Shown: one piece after another, positions 1-8,762 of the stretch | Layout of the letters: each line of letters starts with the position of its first letter | Numbering within the stretch: the stretch's first letter is position 1 | NCBI GenBank assembly: GCA_018394315.1 | Contig: CP074575.1 | Location: forward strand, 744,001-808,000 | Source of the DNA: Mycoplasmatota bacterium | GTDB taxonomy: Bacteria > Bacillota_I > Bacilli_A > MAG-NZ | Reading direction: 5' to 3' | Length of the DNA: 64,000 bases | Made by a program: the position numbers and the translations under genes | The notes under the pieces: generated by a model | Told to the model about the DNA's origin: nothing | Seen by the model: the letters and a program-made list of their open reading frames with translations, nothing else | The model's database searches: none

Positions 1-1
1 C

Positions 2-601
2 TCTTTATTACTTGTTTTATTAACTTTCATTGTTAGTAAACCATATCCTTTTAGACCTATTCAAATGACTTTAATTGAGTTATTCGTAATTGGTATACCT
101 GCATTTATGTTAGCATTAGAATCTAATAGGAATAAAGTTACCGGTAAGTTCATACCGAAAGCTTTGAGAAAAGCTTTACCGGGTTCTATTGTTGTATTCT
201 TAAATGTAGTAGTTCTATACGCATTACAAGATACAATTGGATTATCTGATTTTGAGGTATCGATTATTTCAGCAATTACTACACTTGTTACGGGACTAAT
301 AATGCTTTATATATTCTGTCAACCATTTAATTTCTATAGGCAGGTACTATTCTTGACAATGCTATTCTCGAGTGCAATTTGTTTGATTTATTTAAGTGAT
401 GCATTTCAAGTACAGATTAATGCTTTAAGTACTTCAGGTATTTTACTTATGATTGTATTGGTGCAAGCATCAATTCCTATACTACTTAATTTAAAGAAAA
501 TGAAACAAACAGGAGAGAATATTTTAAAGGCAGGAGAAATGCTACTGGAGAAAATGGATTTAATAGAGGATAAAGAAAAAGATTATGATATTGCATCATA
601 A
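2..601 (+). CDS. C-terminal part of a cation-transporting P-type ATPase (5' truncated by window edge)
   Basis: Frame is open from base 2 (SLLLVLLTFIVSKPYPFRPIQMTLIELFVIGIPAFMLALESN). The YPFxPIQxTLI...GIPxFxLALE pattern and the following hydrophobic helices match P-type ATPase C-terminal TM segments. Confidence 0.8.
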   Translation, partial: SLLLVLLTFIVSKPYPFRPIQMTLIELFVIGIPAFMLALESNRNKVTGKFIPKALRKALPGSIVVFLNVVVLYALQDTIGLSDFEVSIISAITTLVTGLIMLYIFCQPFNFYRQVLFLTMLFSSAICLIYLSDAFQVQINALSTSGILLMIVLVQASIPILLNLKKMKQTGENILKAGEMLLEKMDLIEDKEKDYDIAS

Positions 602-613
602 TCTCTTTTTTTC
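575..613. terminator. Probable bidirectional intrinsic terminator
   Basis: Stem GATTATGAT/ATCATAATC with an A-run on the left and a T-run on the right, between convergent genes. Confidence 0.7.
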
Positions 614-620
614 TAATTAG

Positions 621-731
621 CTAATAGCAGCATTTCCATGCAGTTCCGATAATTACTAGTAAAATGAATAGAACTAGTACCAGTGCATATTGATTGCTAC
701 GCCCGTGCCCGTGTCCGTGTCCACCACTCAT
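621..731 (-). CDS. YjcZ/SscA-family small membrane peptide, 36 aa (not in ORF track)
   Basis: Manual translation MSGGHGHGHGRSNQYALVLVLFILLVIIGTAWKCCY*. Strong RBS (AGGAGGGAGG) lies just upstream. The core ALxLVLFILLVIIG is the YjcZ signature. Confidence 0.85.
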   Translation of the reverse strand: MSGGHGHGHGRSNQYALVLVLFILLVIIGTAWKCCY

Positions 732-886
732 AATCTTTCCTCCCTCCTATTTTTATAGTATTCAATGTTATATTTCTATTTCATAATTAGTGCCTAGTTA
801 TACTATTCATTTATATATAAATTGATAATTACATAACGGTAATATCGGGATATAATAGACTATTTAAAAAAAATATCAAATTACTA

Positions 887-915
887 TTGCATTATAGGGA
901 GTAGTAGCATATAAT
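887..915 (+). promoter_or_regulatory. Sigma-A promoter of the PadR operon
   Basis: TTGCAT(887-892)-17 nt-TATAAT(910-915). Confidence 0.7.
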
Positions 916-1006
916 TATAGTATACTACATCATTATGTGATATAGTGATTGAATTTTTTTTAATTTAGCTACTGCGTGATATGGAATAGTAGTAAGGAGG
1001 AACAAA

Positions 1007-1246
1007 ATGTTTGAATACAGTAGTTTCAAAGAAAAGTTTGATGAACTCGTTGATAAGTTTTGCGTTGAAGATACAATAGAACGAGGTAAGAAGGTGTTAT
1101 CAAATTTGAATGAAAAGACAGAAGAGTGTTTAGTAAAAATAGAAGAGTCTGGTGTTGTTGAAAAAATATACGACGCTTTTGAAAAAGTAAATGATAAGTG
1201 TTTTATTGCATTTGAATCAATATTTAAAAGTGAGAGGGAGAAGTAA
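1007..1246 (+). CDS. Hypothetical small charged helical protein
   Basis: RBS AAGGAGG, 79 aa, stop directly abuts the next ATG. Confidence 0.7.
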   Translation: MFEYSSFKEKFDELVDKFCVEDTIERGKKVLSNLNEKTEECLVKIEESGVVEKIYDAFEKVNDKCFIAFESIFKSEREK

Positions 1247-1561
1247 ATGGATACGCAATTTAAAAAAGGAATCATTGAGGTCTGTGTTCTAAATGAATTA
1301 AATAAAGAGGATACGTATGGCTATAAGCTGGTAAAAAATCTATCAAAGACTTTAGAGGTTGGAGAGAGTACAATATATACAATGCTTAGAAGATTGACTA
1401 AAGATAATGTATTAGATCTTTATGAAAGAGCTAGTAGTGATGGTCCCACGAGAAAGTATTATACTTTGACTGGGATAGGTAAAGAAAGATTATTTACACT
1501 AAAAAGTGAGTGGGAGAGTTTTAGTGTAAAAGTTAATAAGTTAATAGGAGGAAATAAGTAG
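1247..1561 (+). CDS. PadR-family transcriptional regulator (short subfamily)
   Basis: MDTQFKKG start, YGY, TIYTMLRRL and RKYYTLTxxG motifs, 104 aa. Confidence 0.93.
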   Translation: MDTQFKKGIIEVCVLNELNKEDTYGYKLVKNLSKTLEVGESTIYTMLRRLTKDNVLDLYERASSDGPTRKYYTLTGIGKERLFTLKSEWESFSVKVNKLIGGNK

Positions 1562-2829
1562 TGAGGAGACAAGAATTCATTGATAAGTTAAAGAGTTTAT
1601 TGGAAATTGATGATGCTGATAAAACTTCTTTAATTGAAGAATACGAATCTTATTTTGATGAAGCAATGGCTGATGGTGCTACTGAAGAGGAAGTTATCGC
1701 AATGTTAGAAACACCAAAGGAAATAGCGATGACTGCAAATGAAGAGTTTGGAACAAAATCAAATTCTAAAGTGTTTAGAGAGTTTATTGATGAACAAGTA
1801 GGTGCGGTAAGGAAGGGATATGAAAAAGTAATTGAATCAGGAAAAACCCAAGAAGTAAGTAATAAAATCAATTCTGTAATCAGTAACACTCTTGAAACTG
1901 TCAAAGAGTCATTAAAACAAGTGAGAAAGAGTATCAAGGAGTCTGACATTAATGAAAAGATTAATGAGGCAGTTGGAAAGGTTCAGGAATCATTGGGAAA
2001 AGTTAAGGATATAAACATAATAAATTCTTTTGACTCTTTCGTTATGAAATATGATAATTCGAGAATTGAATCTTTTGATATTCAAGAAGAATCTCTTGAA
2101 GTGAAAGTACATGATAGTAATTCAGTTAAGCTGAATATTGAGGTAACGGGTCATGAAAATGATGGTATTATAATCAAGTCGTTACCGACAACAATGAAAT
2201 ATGATGTATCTTTTGAGGGTGGAATCTTAAAGATTAATGTAATTGAGTCAAACATAAGATATTCTGAATCTAAGAGGATGTTAATTTTATTACCTGAATG
2301 TATCAAAAATTTAAAGTTTGAGACCGATTGTCCAATCGTCTTAAAATGTTTGAATCTAAGTGAAATCTCTGTTAGTGAAGGAAATAGTCCTTTAGTAATT
2401 AAGGACATAAATTATAGTAGTAATGTATCAAATACAGAAGACGATGTAAAAGAAATTTCTTTAGGTGATATTACTGTCAAATGTGGATCAGGTCCGGTGG
2501 TTATTAAGAATATAAAAGCTAATAAATTAGATATTTCAACAGAAAATGGACCAAACACTATAAAAACACTAGATGCCGAAGTTGTGAAACTACAGTTAGG
2601 AAATGGACCGGTAACTATAAAGGATATTACTGGAGGAGCTCATTTATATAAAATAGGTTCGGGACCAAAAACTATAAAAGAAATCTCTTTAGATAGCTTA
2701 GAACTTCAAAGTGATGGTGGAATACTATCTATGAAAGATGTAATGGTAACTAAATTATTAGGGGATATTAAAGGAACTATGAAAACACTGAAAAATGTAT
2801 CTGCTGATAGTTTTGAAATAAATAAGTAG
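1561..2829 (+). CDS. DUF1700/HAAS N-terminal domain + helical linker + DUF4097-type beta-repeat protein (YvlB/LiaX-like architecture)
   Basis: N-terminal EFIxKL...EYESYFDEAxxDGxTEEEVIxxLxxPKEIA. C-terminal ~19-aa repeats GSGPVVIKNI, ENGPNTIKTL, GNGPVTIKDI, GSGPKTIKEI. Confidence 0.75.
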   Translation: MRRQEFIDKLKSLLEIDDADKTSLIEEYESYFDEAMADGATEEEVIAMLETPKEIAMTANEEFGTKSNSKVFREFIDEQVGAVRKGYEKVIESGKTQEVSNKINSVISNTLETVKESLKQVRKSIKESDINEKINEAVGKVQESLGKVKDINIINSFDSFVMKYDNSRIESFDIQEESLEVKVHDSNSVKLNIEVTGHENDGIIIKSLPTTMKYDVSFEGGILKINVIESNIRYSESKRMLILLPECIKNLKFETDCPIVLKCLNLSEISVSEGNSPLVIKDINYSSNVSNTEDDVKEISLGDITVKCGSGPVVIKNIKANKLDISTENGPNTIKTLDAEVVKLQLGNGPVTIKDITGGAHLYKIGSGPKTIKEISLDSLELQSDGGILSMKDVMVTKLLGDIKGTMKTLKNVSADSFEINK

Positions 2830-2831
2830 AG

Positions 2832-3041
2832 GTGGAAAGAATGTATATATCATTTGATGGGTTTGAAGAAGTATTAAAGACAATAGTAAAGTTATTTATT
2901 ATTGGATTAGTGGCTATTATAATATTTAATATTGCAATGTGGATATTACCAGTTGTGTTAGTTGGATTTGTTACAGTGTACACAATTAATTATTTAGGTA
3001 AGAACAATAGAAAAAGGGATGTTACTAAAGTAAAACAATGA
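2832..3041 (+). CDS. Small membrane protein
   Basis: Long hydrophobic stretch and basic tail, operon-coupled. Exact start uncertain (GTG 2832 or ATG 2841). Confidence 0.65.
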   Translation: MERMYISFDGFEEVLKTIVKLFIIGLVAIIIFNIAMWILPVVLVGFVTVYTINYLGKNNRKRDVTKVKQ

Positions 3042-3226
3042 GAATAAACGGATTAAGAAACACAATGCAAATATTACTTAATATCGTTTTAGTTGTAGTA
3101 ATTTTCTACTTAGTCTTGAAGATTGTAGAGATTATATTACCGATTATGATAGCTGCAATTATCACAATAGCCATTATAGTAGTTTGGAAATACAAAGGAA
3201 TGAATTTATTCAAAAAGAAAGACTGA
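3038..3226 (+). CDS. Small membrane protein
   Basis: ATGA overlap with the previous gene, hydrophobic hairpin, basic tail. Confidence 0.65.
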   Translation: MRINGLRNTMQILLNIVLVVVIFYLVLKIVEIILPIMIAAIITIAIIVVWKYKGMNLFKKKD

Positions 3227-3241
3227 GAATTCAGTCTTTTT
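3218..3241 (+). terminator. Intrinsic terminator of the PadR operon
   Basis: AAAGACTGA-gaat-TCAGTCTTT then T run. Confidence 0.75.
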
Positions 3242-3332
3242 ATGTTACTATTATTATAGTAAAATATGATGTAAGCTGGTGAGATATAGCTTGTTAATGT
3301 AATATAAGTAGTTGGATTTGGTAGGAGGGTTT

Positions 3333-4007
3333 ATGAACGAGATTTTAAAGAAGTATAATATACCAAGTGATGCAGTGATAACAATTTCTGGTACCGTTGG
3401 AGTTGGAAAATCAACTTTTACAAGAGTTTTATCCGAGAAACTAGGGTTTATGACCTCATATGAAAGGGTAGCTGATAACCCATATTTAGAGAAGTATTAT
3501 GGGAATTTTGAAAGGTGGAGTTTCCATCTACAAATGTTTTTCTTAGCAGAAAGATTTAAGGAACAAAAAAGAATGTTTTCTCATGGTGGAGGATTTATTC
3601 AAGATAGAAGTATTTATGAAGATGTTGATATCTTTGCGAAGTTGAATTATGAAAATGGTACTATGAGTGAGGATGATTATCAAACATATCGATCGTTATT
3701 TGAGGCTATGATTCTGACTCCTTTTTTTCCTCATCCAGATTTAGTAATTTTTATTGATGGAGATTTAGAAGAAATATTAGACAGAATAAATGAGCGTGGT
3801 CGCAAAATGGAAATGGATACAGATATTTCATATTGGAAAATGCTTCATTTAAGATACCAGGAGTGGATTGATAATTTTCACTATGCGCCAGTACTTAGAT
3901 TGAATATTAAAGATTTTGACTTATTGAACGATAAAGCTAGCGTTGAATTTGTTTTAAAGAAGATAGGAAAAGTAATATCAGCAACTACTATGAAACATAA
4001 TAGATAA
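3333..4007 (+). CDS. Deoxynucleoside kinase (Dck/Dgk family)
   Basis: P-loop GTVGVGKST, FHLQMFFLAERF, DRSIYED. ATG 3333 follows RBS GGAGG. Confidence 0.92.
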   Translation: MNEILKKYNIPSDAVITISGTVGVGKSTFTRVLSEKLGFMTSYERVADNPYLEKYYGNFERWSFHLQMFFLAERFKEQKRMFSHGGGFIQDRSIYEDVDIFAKLNYENGTMSEDDYQTYRSLFEAMILTPFFPHPDLVIFIDGDLEEILDRINERGRKMEMDTDISYWKMLHLRYQEWIDNFHYAPVLRLNIKDFDLLNDKASVEFVLKKIGKVISATTMKHNR

Positions 4008-4117
4008 GTATTATATTTCGAGAATGATTATTGGTAATTATTTATTTTTTCTTCTTATTATTTATACTAAACAATTAGATAATTTGGTATAATAAAAGGT
4101 AGACTAGGAGTGAGATT

Positions 4118-4810
4118 ATGAAAAAAGGTGACCTTATAGTTATTGTTGCTATAGCGGTAATTTCCTTAGTTACTTTTGCATTTGTTTTTAAAGACAAATT
4201 GTTTGAAAGTGTCGATATTAAGTTCGATGAAAACTCTGAAGTAGTTTTAACTGAGGTTTATGATAGTGATGATGGCTACTATGTCATAGTTGATGAGAAA
4301 AAAATTTATGTAGAAGAATATATACTCGTATATTTTATAGATGAACTAGGAAATAAGTATTTAGAAGATGAAATTGAAGTGCAATTTATGAAGGAAGAAC
4401 TAACTACTAAAGAGGATTTAGATACACCCTATCATATTGTTGATGGGAAAGAGTATTTGCTTGAGAGGTTTGAAAAAGTCTATTATTTAGACAATTATAA
4501 TAATCACTATGCTAGGGAAGAAGTAATTGATTATTTTGTTGAAGTTTCTTACAATGGTGAAATTATTGAAAGATTTCATCTAGCAGATATTACAAATAGA
4601 GTTATAGAGCTTGACTATGAAGGTCATAATGTATTAGTAGTTAAGGATGGACACGTTGATATGGTTGAAGCTGATTGTCCAGACTTAAAGTGCGTTCATA
4701 CATCTCCAAAAACATATGACTCATGGTTTAGGAAAATAATTTGCGCTCCAAACGGTATTGTAGTTTCAATTGTTGGTGGAGACCAAGAGATAGTGGATGG
4801 TATTGTATAA
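4118..4810 (+). CDS. Membrane-anchored NusG domain II (DUF1312/EetA-like) protein with internal insertion
   Basis: MKKGD + N-terminal TM helix; C-terminal EADCPDxxCVH...IICAPN...DGIV signature. Confidence 0.8.
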   Translation: MKKGDLIVIVAIAVISLVTFAFVFKDKLFESVDIKFDENSEVVLTEVYDSDDGYYVIVDEKKIYVEEYILVYFIDELGNKYLEDEIEVQFMKEELTTKEDLDTPYHIVDGKEYLLERFEKVYYLDNYNNHYAREEVIDYFVEVSYNGEIIERFHLADITNRVIELDYEGHNVLVVKDGHVDMVEADCPDLKCVHTSPKTYDSWFRKIICAPNGIVVSIVGGDQEIVDGIV

Positions 4811-5619
4811 TGAATATTATTGAGATTAAAGACTTATCTTTTCTGTATTCTGAGGAAGAAGGACTAGTTTTAAGAGATATAAATTTAAATATAGAAAAGG
4901 GCGAATGGGTGGCTATATTAGGTCACAATGGGTCCGGGAAATCAACTTTAAGTAAATTAATAGTTGGATTGCTTGAAAAAAAAAGTGGCTCTATTATTGT
5001 AAACGAAAAAGAGTTATGTGTAGGGAATGAATATGAGATTCGTGAATCTATAAGTATTGTATTTCAAAATCCCGATAATCAGTTCGTAGGTGCAACAGTA
5101 AAAGATGATATAGCATTTGGGTTAGAAAATCAGCTTTTAACAAGAGAAGAAATGATAAAAAGAATTGATTATTACAGTAAAAAAGTTAATATGCATGGTT
5201 TTCTTAATAAAGAACCTCATAATTTAAGTGGTGGTGAAAAACAAAGAGTAGCTATCGCGGGCGCGTTAGCTATGGATACGGAAATCATTATCTTAGATGA
5301 AGCGACTTCAATGTTGGATCCTCGTGGGAAAAGTGAAGTTATTGAAACTATTAAAAGCTTACAAGATGGTGATAAAACTATAATTACGATTACTCATGAA
5401 TTAAGTGAAGCAGTTCTTTGCGATAGAGTAATAGTGCTTAATAAGGGTAGAATTGTTTTAGATGGGGCACCAAAAGAAGTGTTTAAAGAAAGAGAATTAA
5501 TTGTTGAGGCGGGACTTGATATATTACCTACCTTAAAAGTCTTAGATAAATTAGAGGAAGAAAATATCGATAACGATAAATTGAAGGAAATATTATGGGA
5601 ATTAAGTTTGACAATGTAA
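4810..5619 (+). CDS. ecfA1: ECF transporter ATPase A1
   Basis: GHNGSGKST, FQNPDNQFVG, LSGGEKQRVAIAG, DEATSMLDP. Start reassigned to ATG 4810 (TAATG overlap). Confidence 0.93.
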   Translation: MNIIEIKDLSFLYSEEEGLVLRDINLNIEKGEWVAILGHNGSGKSTLSKLIVGLLEKKSGSIIVNEKELCVGNEYEIRESISIVFQNPDNQFVGATVKDDIAFGLENQLLTREEMIKRIDYYSKKVNMHGFLNKEPHNLSGGEKQRVAIAGALAMDTEIIILDEATSMLDPRGKSEVIETIKSLQDGDKTIITITHELSEAVLCDRVIVLNKGRIVLDGAPKEVFKERELIVEAGLDILPTLKVLDKLEEENIDNDKLKEILWELSLTM

Positions 5620-6434
5620 GTTTTGAATACCCTACAGTGAACGAAAAAGTATTCGCTATTAAGGACATTAATTTGAGTATTAAACCTGAGGGTGAATTAA
5701 TTGCGATAGTTGGACACACTGGAAGTGGGAAGTCTACAATGATTCAACATATGAATGCACTTTTACTTCCTAGTAATGGTGATGTTGATGTCTTTGGACA
5801 TAAGGTAGTAAAGGGCGAAAAGTTAACTCCTATACGAAAAAGAGTTGGGATGGTTTTCCAATTTCCTGAGTACCAATTGTTTGAAGAAACAGTAGAAAAG
5901 GACATAATGTTTGGTCCTTTGAACTTTGGTTTGACTAAAGAAGAAGCAAAAGAAAAAGCTGAAGAAGTAATTAGCATAGTAGGTCTTGATGAAAGTTTTT
6001 TACCAAGGTCCCCATTTAATTTGTCCGGTGGACAAATGAGGAGAGTTGCTATCGCTGGAATTTTAGCAATGGAACCAGATATATTAATACTAGATGAACC
6101 TACAGTTGGACTTGACCCGCAAGGACAAATAGAGATGATGGAACTATTTCTATCTATACATGAAAAGTACAATAAAACTGTTATTTTAGTAACTCACAAT
6201 ATGGATGTTGTTAGTGAGTACGCAAATAGAGTTATAGTGATGAAAAAGGCTAGATTAGTCTTCGATGGTTCACCGGTAGATTTGTTTGGTAATGAAAAGT
6301 TAGTTAGAGATTATGATCTAGATTTACCTAAGTATATGAAAATTATGAAGGTCTTAAATGATAAGTTTGATTCTAAATTAGATGAAACAGTTTTTAATTT
6401 AGAAGATTTGGTAACTGAACTTAAGAAGTTATAG
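5595..6434 (+). CDS. ecfA2: ECF transporter ATPase A2
   Basis: GHTGSGKST, FQFPEYQLFEETV, LSGGQMRRVAIAG. Confidence 0.93.
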   Translation: MGIKFDNVSFEYPTVNEKVFAIKDINLSIKPEGELIAIVGHTGSGKSTMIQHMNALLLPSNGDVDVFGHKVVKGEKLTPIRKRVGMVFQFPEYQLFEETVEKDIMFGPLNFGLTKEEAKEKAEEVISIVGLDESFLPRSPFNLSGGQMRRVAIAGILAMEPDILILDEPTVGLDPQGQIEMMELFLSIHEKYNKTVILVTHNMDVVSEYANRVIVMKKARLVFDGSPVDLFGNEKLVRDYDLDLPKYMKIMKVLNDKFDSKLDETVFNLEDLVTELKKL

Positions 6435-6442
6435 AGGTAATT

Positions 6443-7396
6443 ATGCAAATAGTAATAGGACAATATATACCAACTAATAGTTGGATTCATAGATTAGACC
6501 CAAGATCAAAATTGATTTCTTTGATACTTTTGATTGGGACAACTTTTGTAATAGGTGAATTATACACCATGGCAGGGTTACTACTGTTTACGGTTATACT
6601 GATCAAGAGTTCCAAGATTCCAATATCAAGGTTTCTTAAGGGTATAGCGCCATTAGTGTTTTTACTCTTTTTTACAGTGATATTTCAGATCTTATTTAAT
6701 CAAAGAGGTGAATTACTTTATTCGGTTTCTTTAAGTTTGACTTGGTTGAATATTATTGTTATGGTTTTGTTAATAGTAGGCTATAACCTTATCAAAAAGA
6801 AAATTAAAAGGCGTTTTCTTTTCTTCTTGATGATAGTTGGACTTATGATTTATAGTATGACATTTGCTTACGGTGGTATGATTAAAGCTTTTAATGTAAA
6901 TGTGCATTCAGAAGGATTAACATTTGCTGGCTTTTTAATTACGAGAATTCTAATACTTGTTTCTTTATCGAGTTTACTTACTTTAACAACTAAGCCCACG
7001 GAATTAAACAATGGCTTAGAGTCAGTATTAAAGCCTTTAAAAATAATTAAAGTACCTACTGAAGAGATATCAATGATGATAAGTATTGCTTTAAGATTTA
7101 TTCCAACTTTACTAGATGAAGCTAATAAAATTATTAAGGCTCAAGCTAGTAGAGGAGTTGACTTTAAAGAAGGAACGTTGAAACAAAAGGTAGTTCAAAT
7201 CATAGCGTTATTAATACCTATGTTTATTATATCTTTTAAAAGAGCTGACGATTTAGCAAACGCAATGGAAGCAAGAGGATATTTTCCAGGTAAAACAAGA
7301 AGTAAGTTGATTGAGTTTAAGTTTAGTTATGCTGATTATATAATATTGATAATTACAATATCGTTAATTCCAAGTGTGGTTTACTTTGGCTTATAG
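6443..7396 (+). CDS. ecfT: ECF transporter transmembrane T component
   Basis: HRLDPRSK, IALRFIPTL, AQASRG and AMEARG motifs. Confidence 0.93.
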   Translation: MQIVIGQYIPTNSWIHRLDPRSKLISLILLIGTTFVIGELYTMAGLLLFTVILIKSSKIPISRFLKGIAPLVFLLFFTVIFQILFNQRGELLYSVSLSLTWLNIIVMVLLIVGYNLIKKKIKRRFLFFLMIVGLMIYSMTFAYGGMIKAFNVNVHSEGLTFAGFLITRILILVSLSSLLTLTTKPTELNNGLESVLKPLKIIKVPTEEISMMISIALRFIPTLLDEANKIIKAQASRGVDFKEGTLKQKVVQIIALLIPMFIISFKRADDLANAMEARGYFPGKTRSKLIEFKFSYADYIILIITISLIPSVVYFGL

Positions 7397-8114
7397 AATA
7401 AAATGTACCGTCAGTTATGATGGTACTAATTATAATGGGTGGCAAAAGCAAGTAAATCAGCCAACTATCCAAGGGCAAATTGAGGCAAGCATACAAAAGT
7501 TGCATAATGGTTTATATATAAAAACTCATGGAGCAAGTAGAACTGATAGCGGAGTGCATGCAAATAATCAAGTATTCCATTTTGATACAGAATTAGACTT
7601 GGCTCCATATAGATGGAAAATAGCAATTAACAATTACTTATCCGATGATATTTATATAAAAAAAGTTGAAATTGTTGGTGATGAGTTTCATGCTAGATAT
7701 GACGTTAAGAAAAAAGAATATAAGTATTACGTTAATCTAAATGAGTACAATCCTCTATTAAGGGACAGGATGCATTTTGAGAGAAGAAACCTTGATGTTG
7801 AGTTGATGAAAAAAGAAGTAAAAGAGATAATAGGAAGACACAACTTTAAGAGTTTTACGGGTGGAACTATTTATGATAATTACGTTAGAGAAATTTTTGA
7901 TGCTTCAATAACTATCAATAATGGAATTTTAGAATTTACTTTCATAGGAAGTGGATTCTTAAGATATATGGTTAGAACTATTGTAGGAACATTAATTGAA
8001 ATCGGCTATGGAAAGAAAAATAATATTAAAGAAATCTTAATGAGTAAAAATAGAAATTGCGCAGGGAAAAGTGAGTCATCTGTTGGGTTATATTTAGACA
8101 AGATTTGGTACTAG
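7374..8114 (+). CDS. truA: tRNA pseudouridine(38-40) synthase
   Basis: YDGTNYNGWQ, ASRTDSGVHA, GFLRYMVR. Start may be TTG 7386. Confidence 0.95.
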   Translation: MWFTLAYRIKCTVSYDGTNYNGWQKQVNQPTIQGQIEASIQKLHNGLYIKTHGASRTDSGVHANNQVFHFDTELDLAPYRWKIAINNYLSDDIYIKKVEIVGDEFHARYDVKKKEYKYYVNLNEYNPLLRDRMHFERRNLDVELMKKEVKEIIGRHNFKSFTGGTIYDNYVREIFDASITINNGILEFTFIGSGFLRYMVRTIVGTLIEIGYGKKNNIKEILMSKNRNCAGKSESSVGLYLDKIWY

Positions 8115-8123
8115 GGGGATTTT

Positions 8124-8762
8124 ATGAGCGGATATTTTATAACATTTGAAGGTGGAGAAGGTTCTGGAAAGACTTCTGTCATTGAATCTTTAAATAAATA
8201 TTTTACTGAAAAAGGATTTGAGGTAGTTGTAACACGTGAACCAGGAGGTATTGAAATAGCTGAGCAAATTAGAAACATAATCTTGAATAAAGATAATGTT
8301 CAAATGGATAAGTTGACTGAAGCATATCTCTTTGCAGCTTCAAGAAGGCAACATCTTGTTGAAAGGGTGATCCCTGAGTTAGAGAAAGGTGCAATTGTTC
8401 TTTGTGATAGATTTGTTGATTCGTCTATAGTTTATCAGGGTTATGCCAGAGATATCGGTATGGATAAGGTTTATGATATTAATAAGGTGGTTATAGGTGA
8501 ATTTATGCCTGATTTGACTCTATTTTTTGATGTTAGACCCGAAATAGGATTGAAAAGGATATTAGATAATTTAAGAAAAGTTAATAGACTTGATTTAGAA
8601 GAAAAAGATTTTCACAACAAAGTATATGAAGGATATCAAAAGCTAGTTAAACGATTTCCTTCGAGAATTAAGGTAGTTGATGCAGAAAAGAATATAGAAG
8701 AAGTAAAACAGGAGACAATAAAAATTGTGGAGGACTTCTTAGATGATCTTAGCAAAGTATAA
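8124..8762 (+). CDS. tmk: Thymidylate kinase
   Basis: FITFEGGEGSGKT, TREPGG, DRFVDSSIVYQG. Confidence 0.96.
   Translation: MSGYFITFEGGEGSGKTSVIESLNKYFTEKGFEVVVTREPGGIEIAEQIRNIILNKDNVQMDKLTEAYLFAASRRQHLVERVIPELEKGAIVLCDRFVDSSIVYQGYARDIGMDKVYDINKVVIGEFMPDLTLFFDVRPEIGLKRILDNLRKVNRLDLEEKDFHNKVYEGYQKLVKRFPSRIKVVDAEKNIEEVKQETIKIVEDFLDDLSKV

Noticed and set aside
700..722. GC-rich 6-bp tandem repeat (CCCGTG/TCCGTG) in AT-rich DNA
   Set aside because: Explained as the Gly-His codons of the minus-strand small gene; not a CRISPR or iteron array.
745..800. Possible sporulation- or SigH-type promoter for the YjcZ-like gene (GAATACTATA on minus strand)
   Set aside because: No convincing -35 element at the correct spacing; too weak in AT-rich DNA.
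925..1275. 116-aa minus-strand ORF
   Set aside because: Antisense shadow of plus-strand genes that have a good RBS; no motif.
4741..4809. N-terminal extension of ecfA1 in the ORF track
   Set aside because: Overlaps the upstream gene; ATG 4810 gives a normal N-terminus. The same applies to the extensions of xpt (30067), rplA (49001), secE (46221) and the nucleoside kinase (3312).
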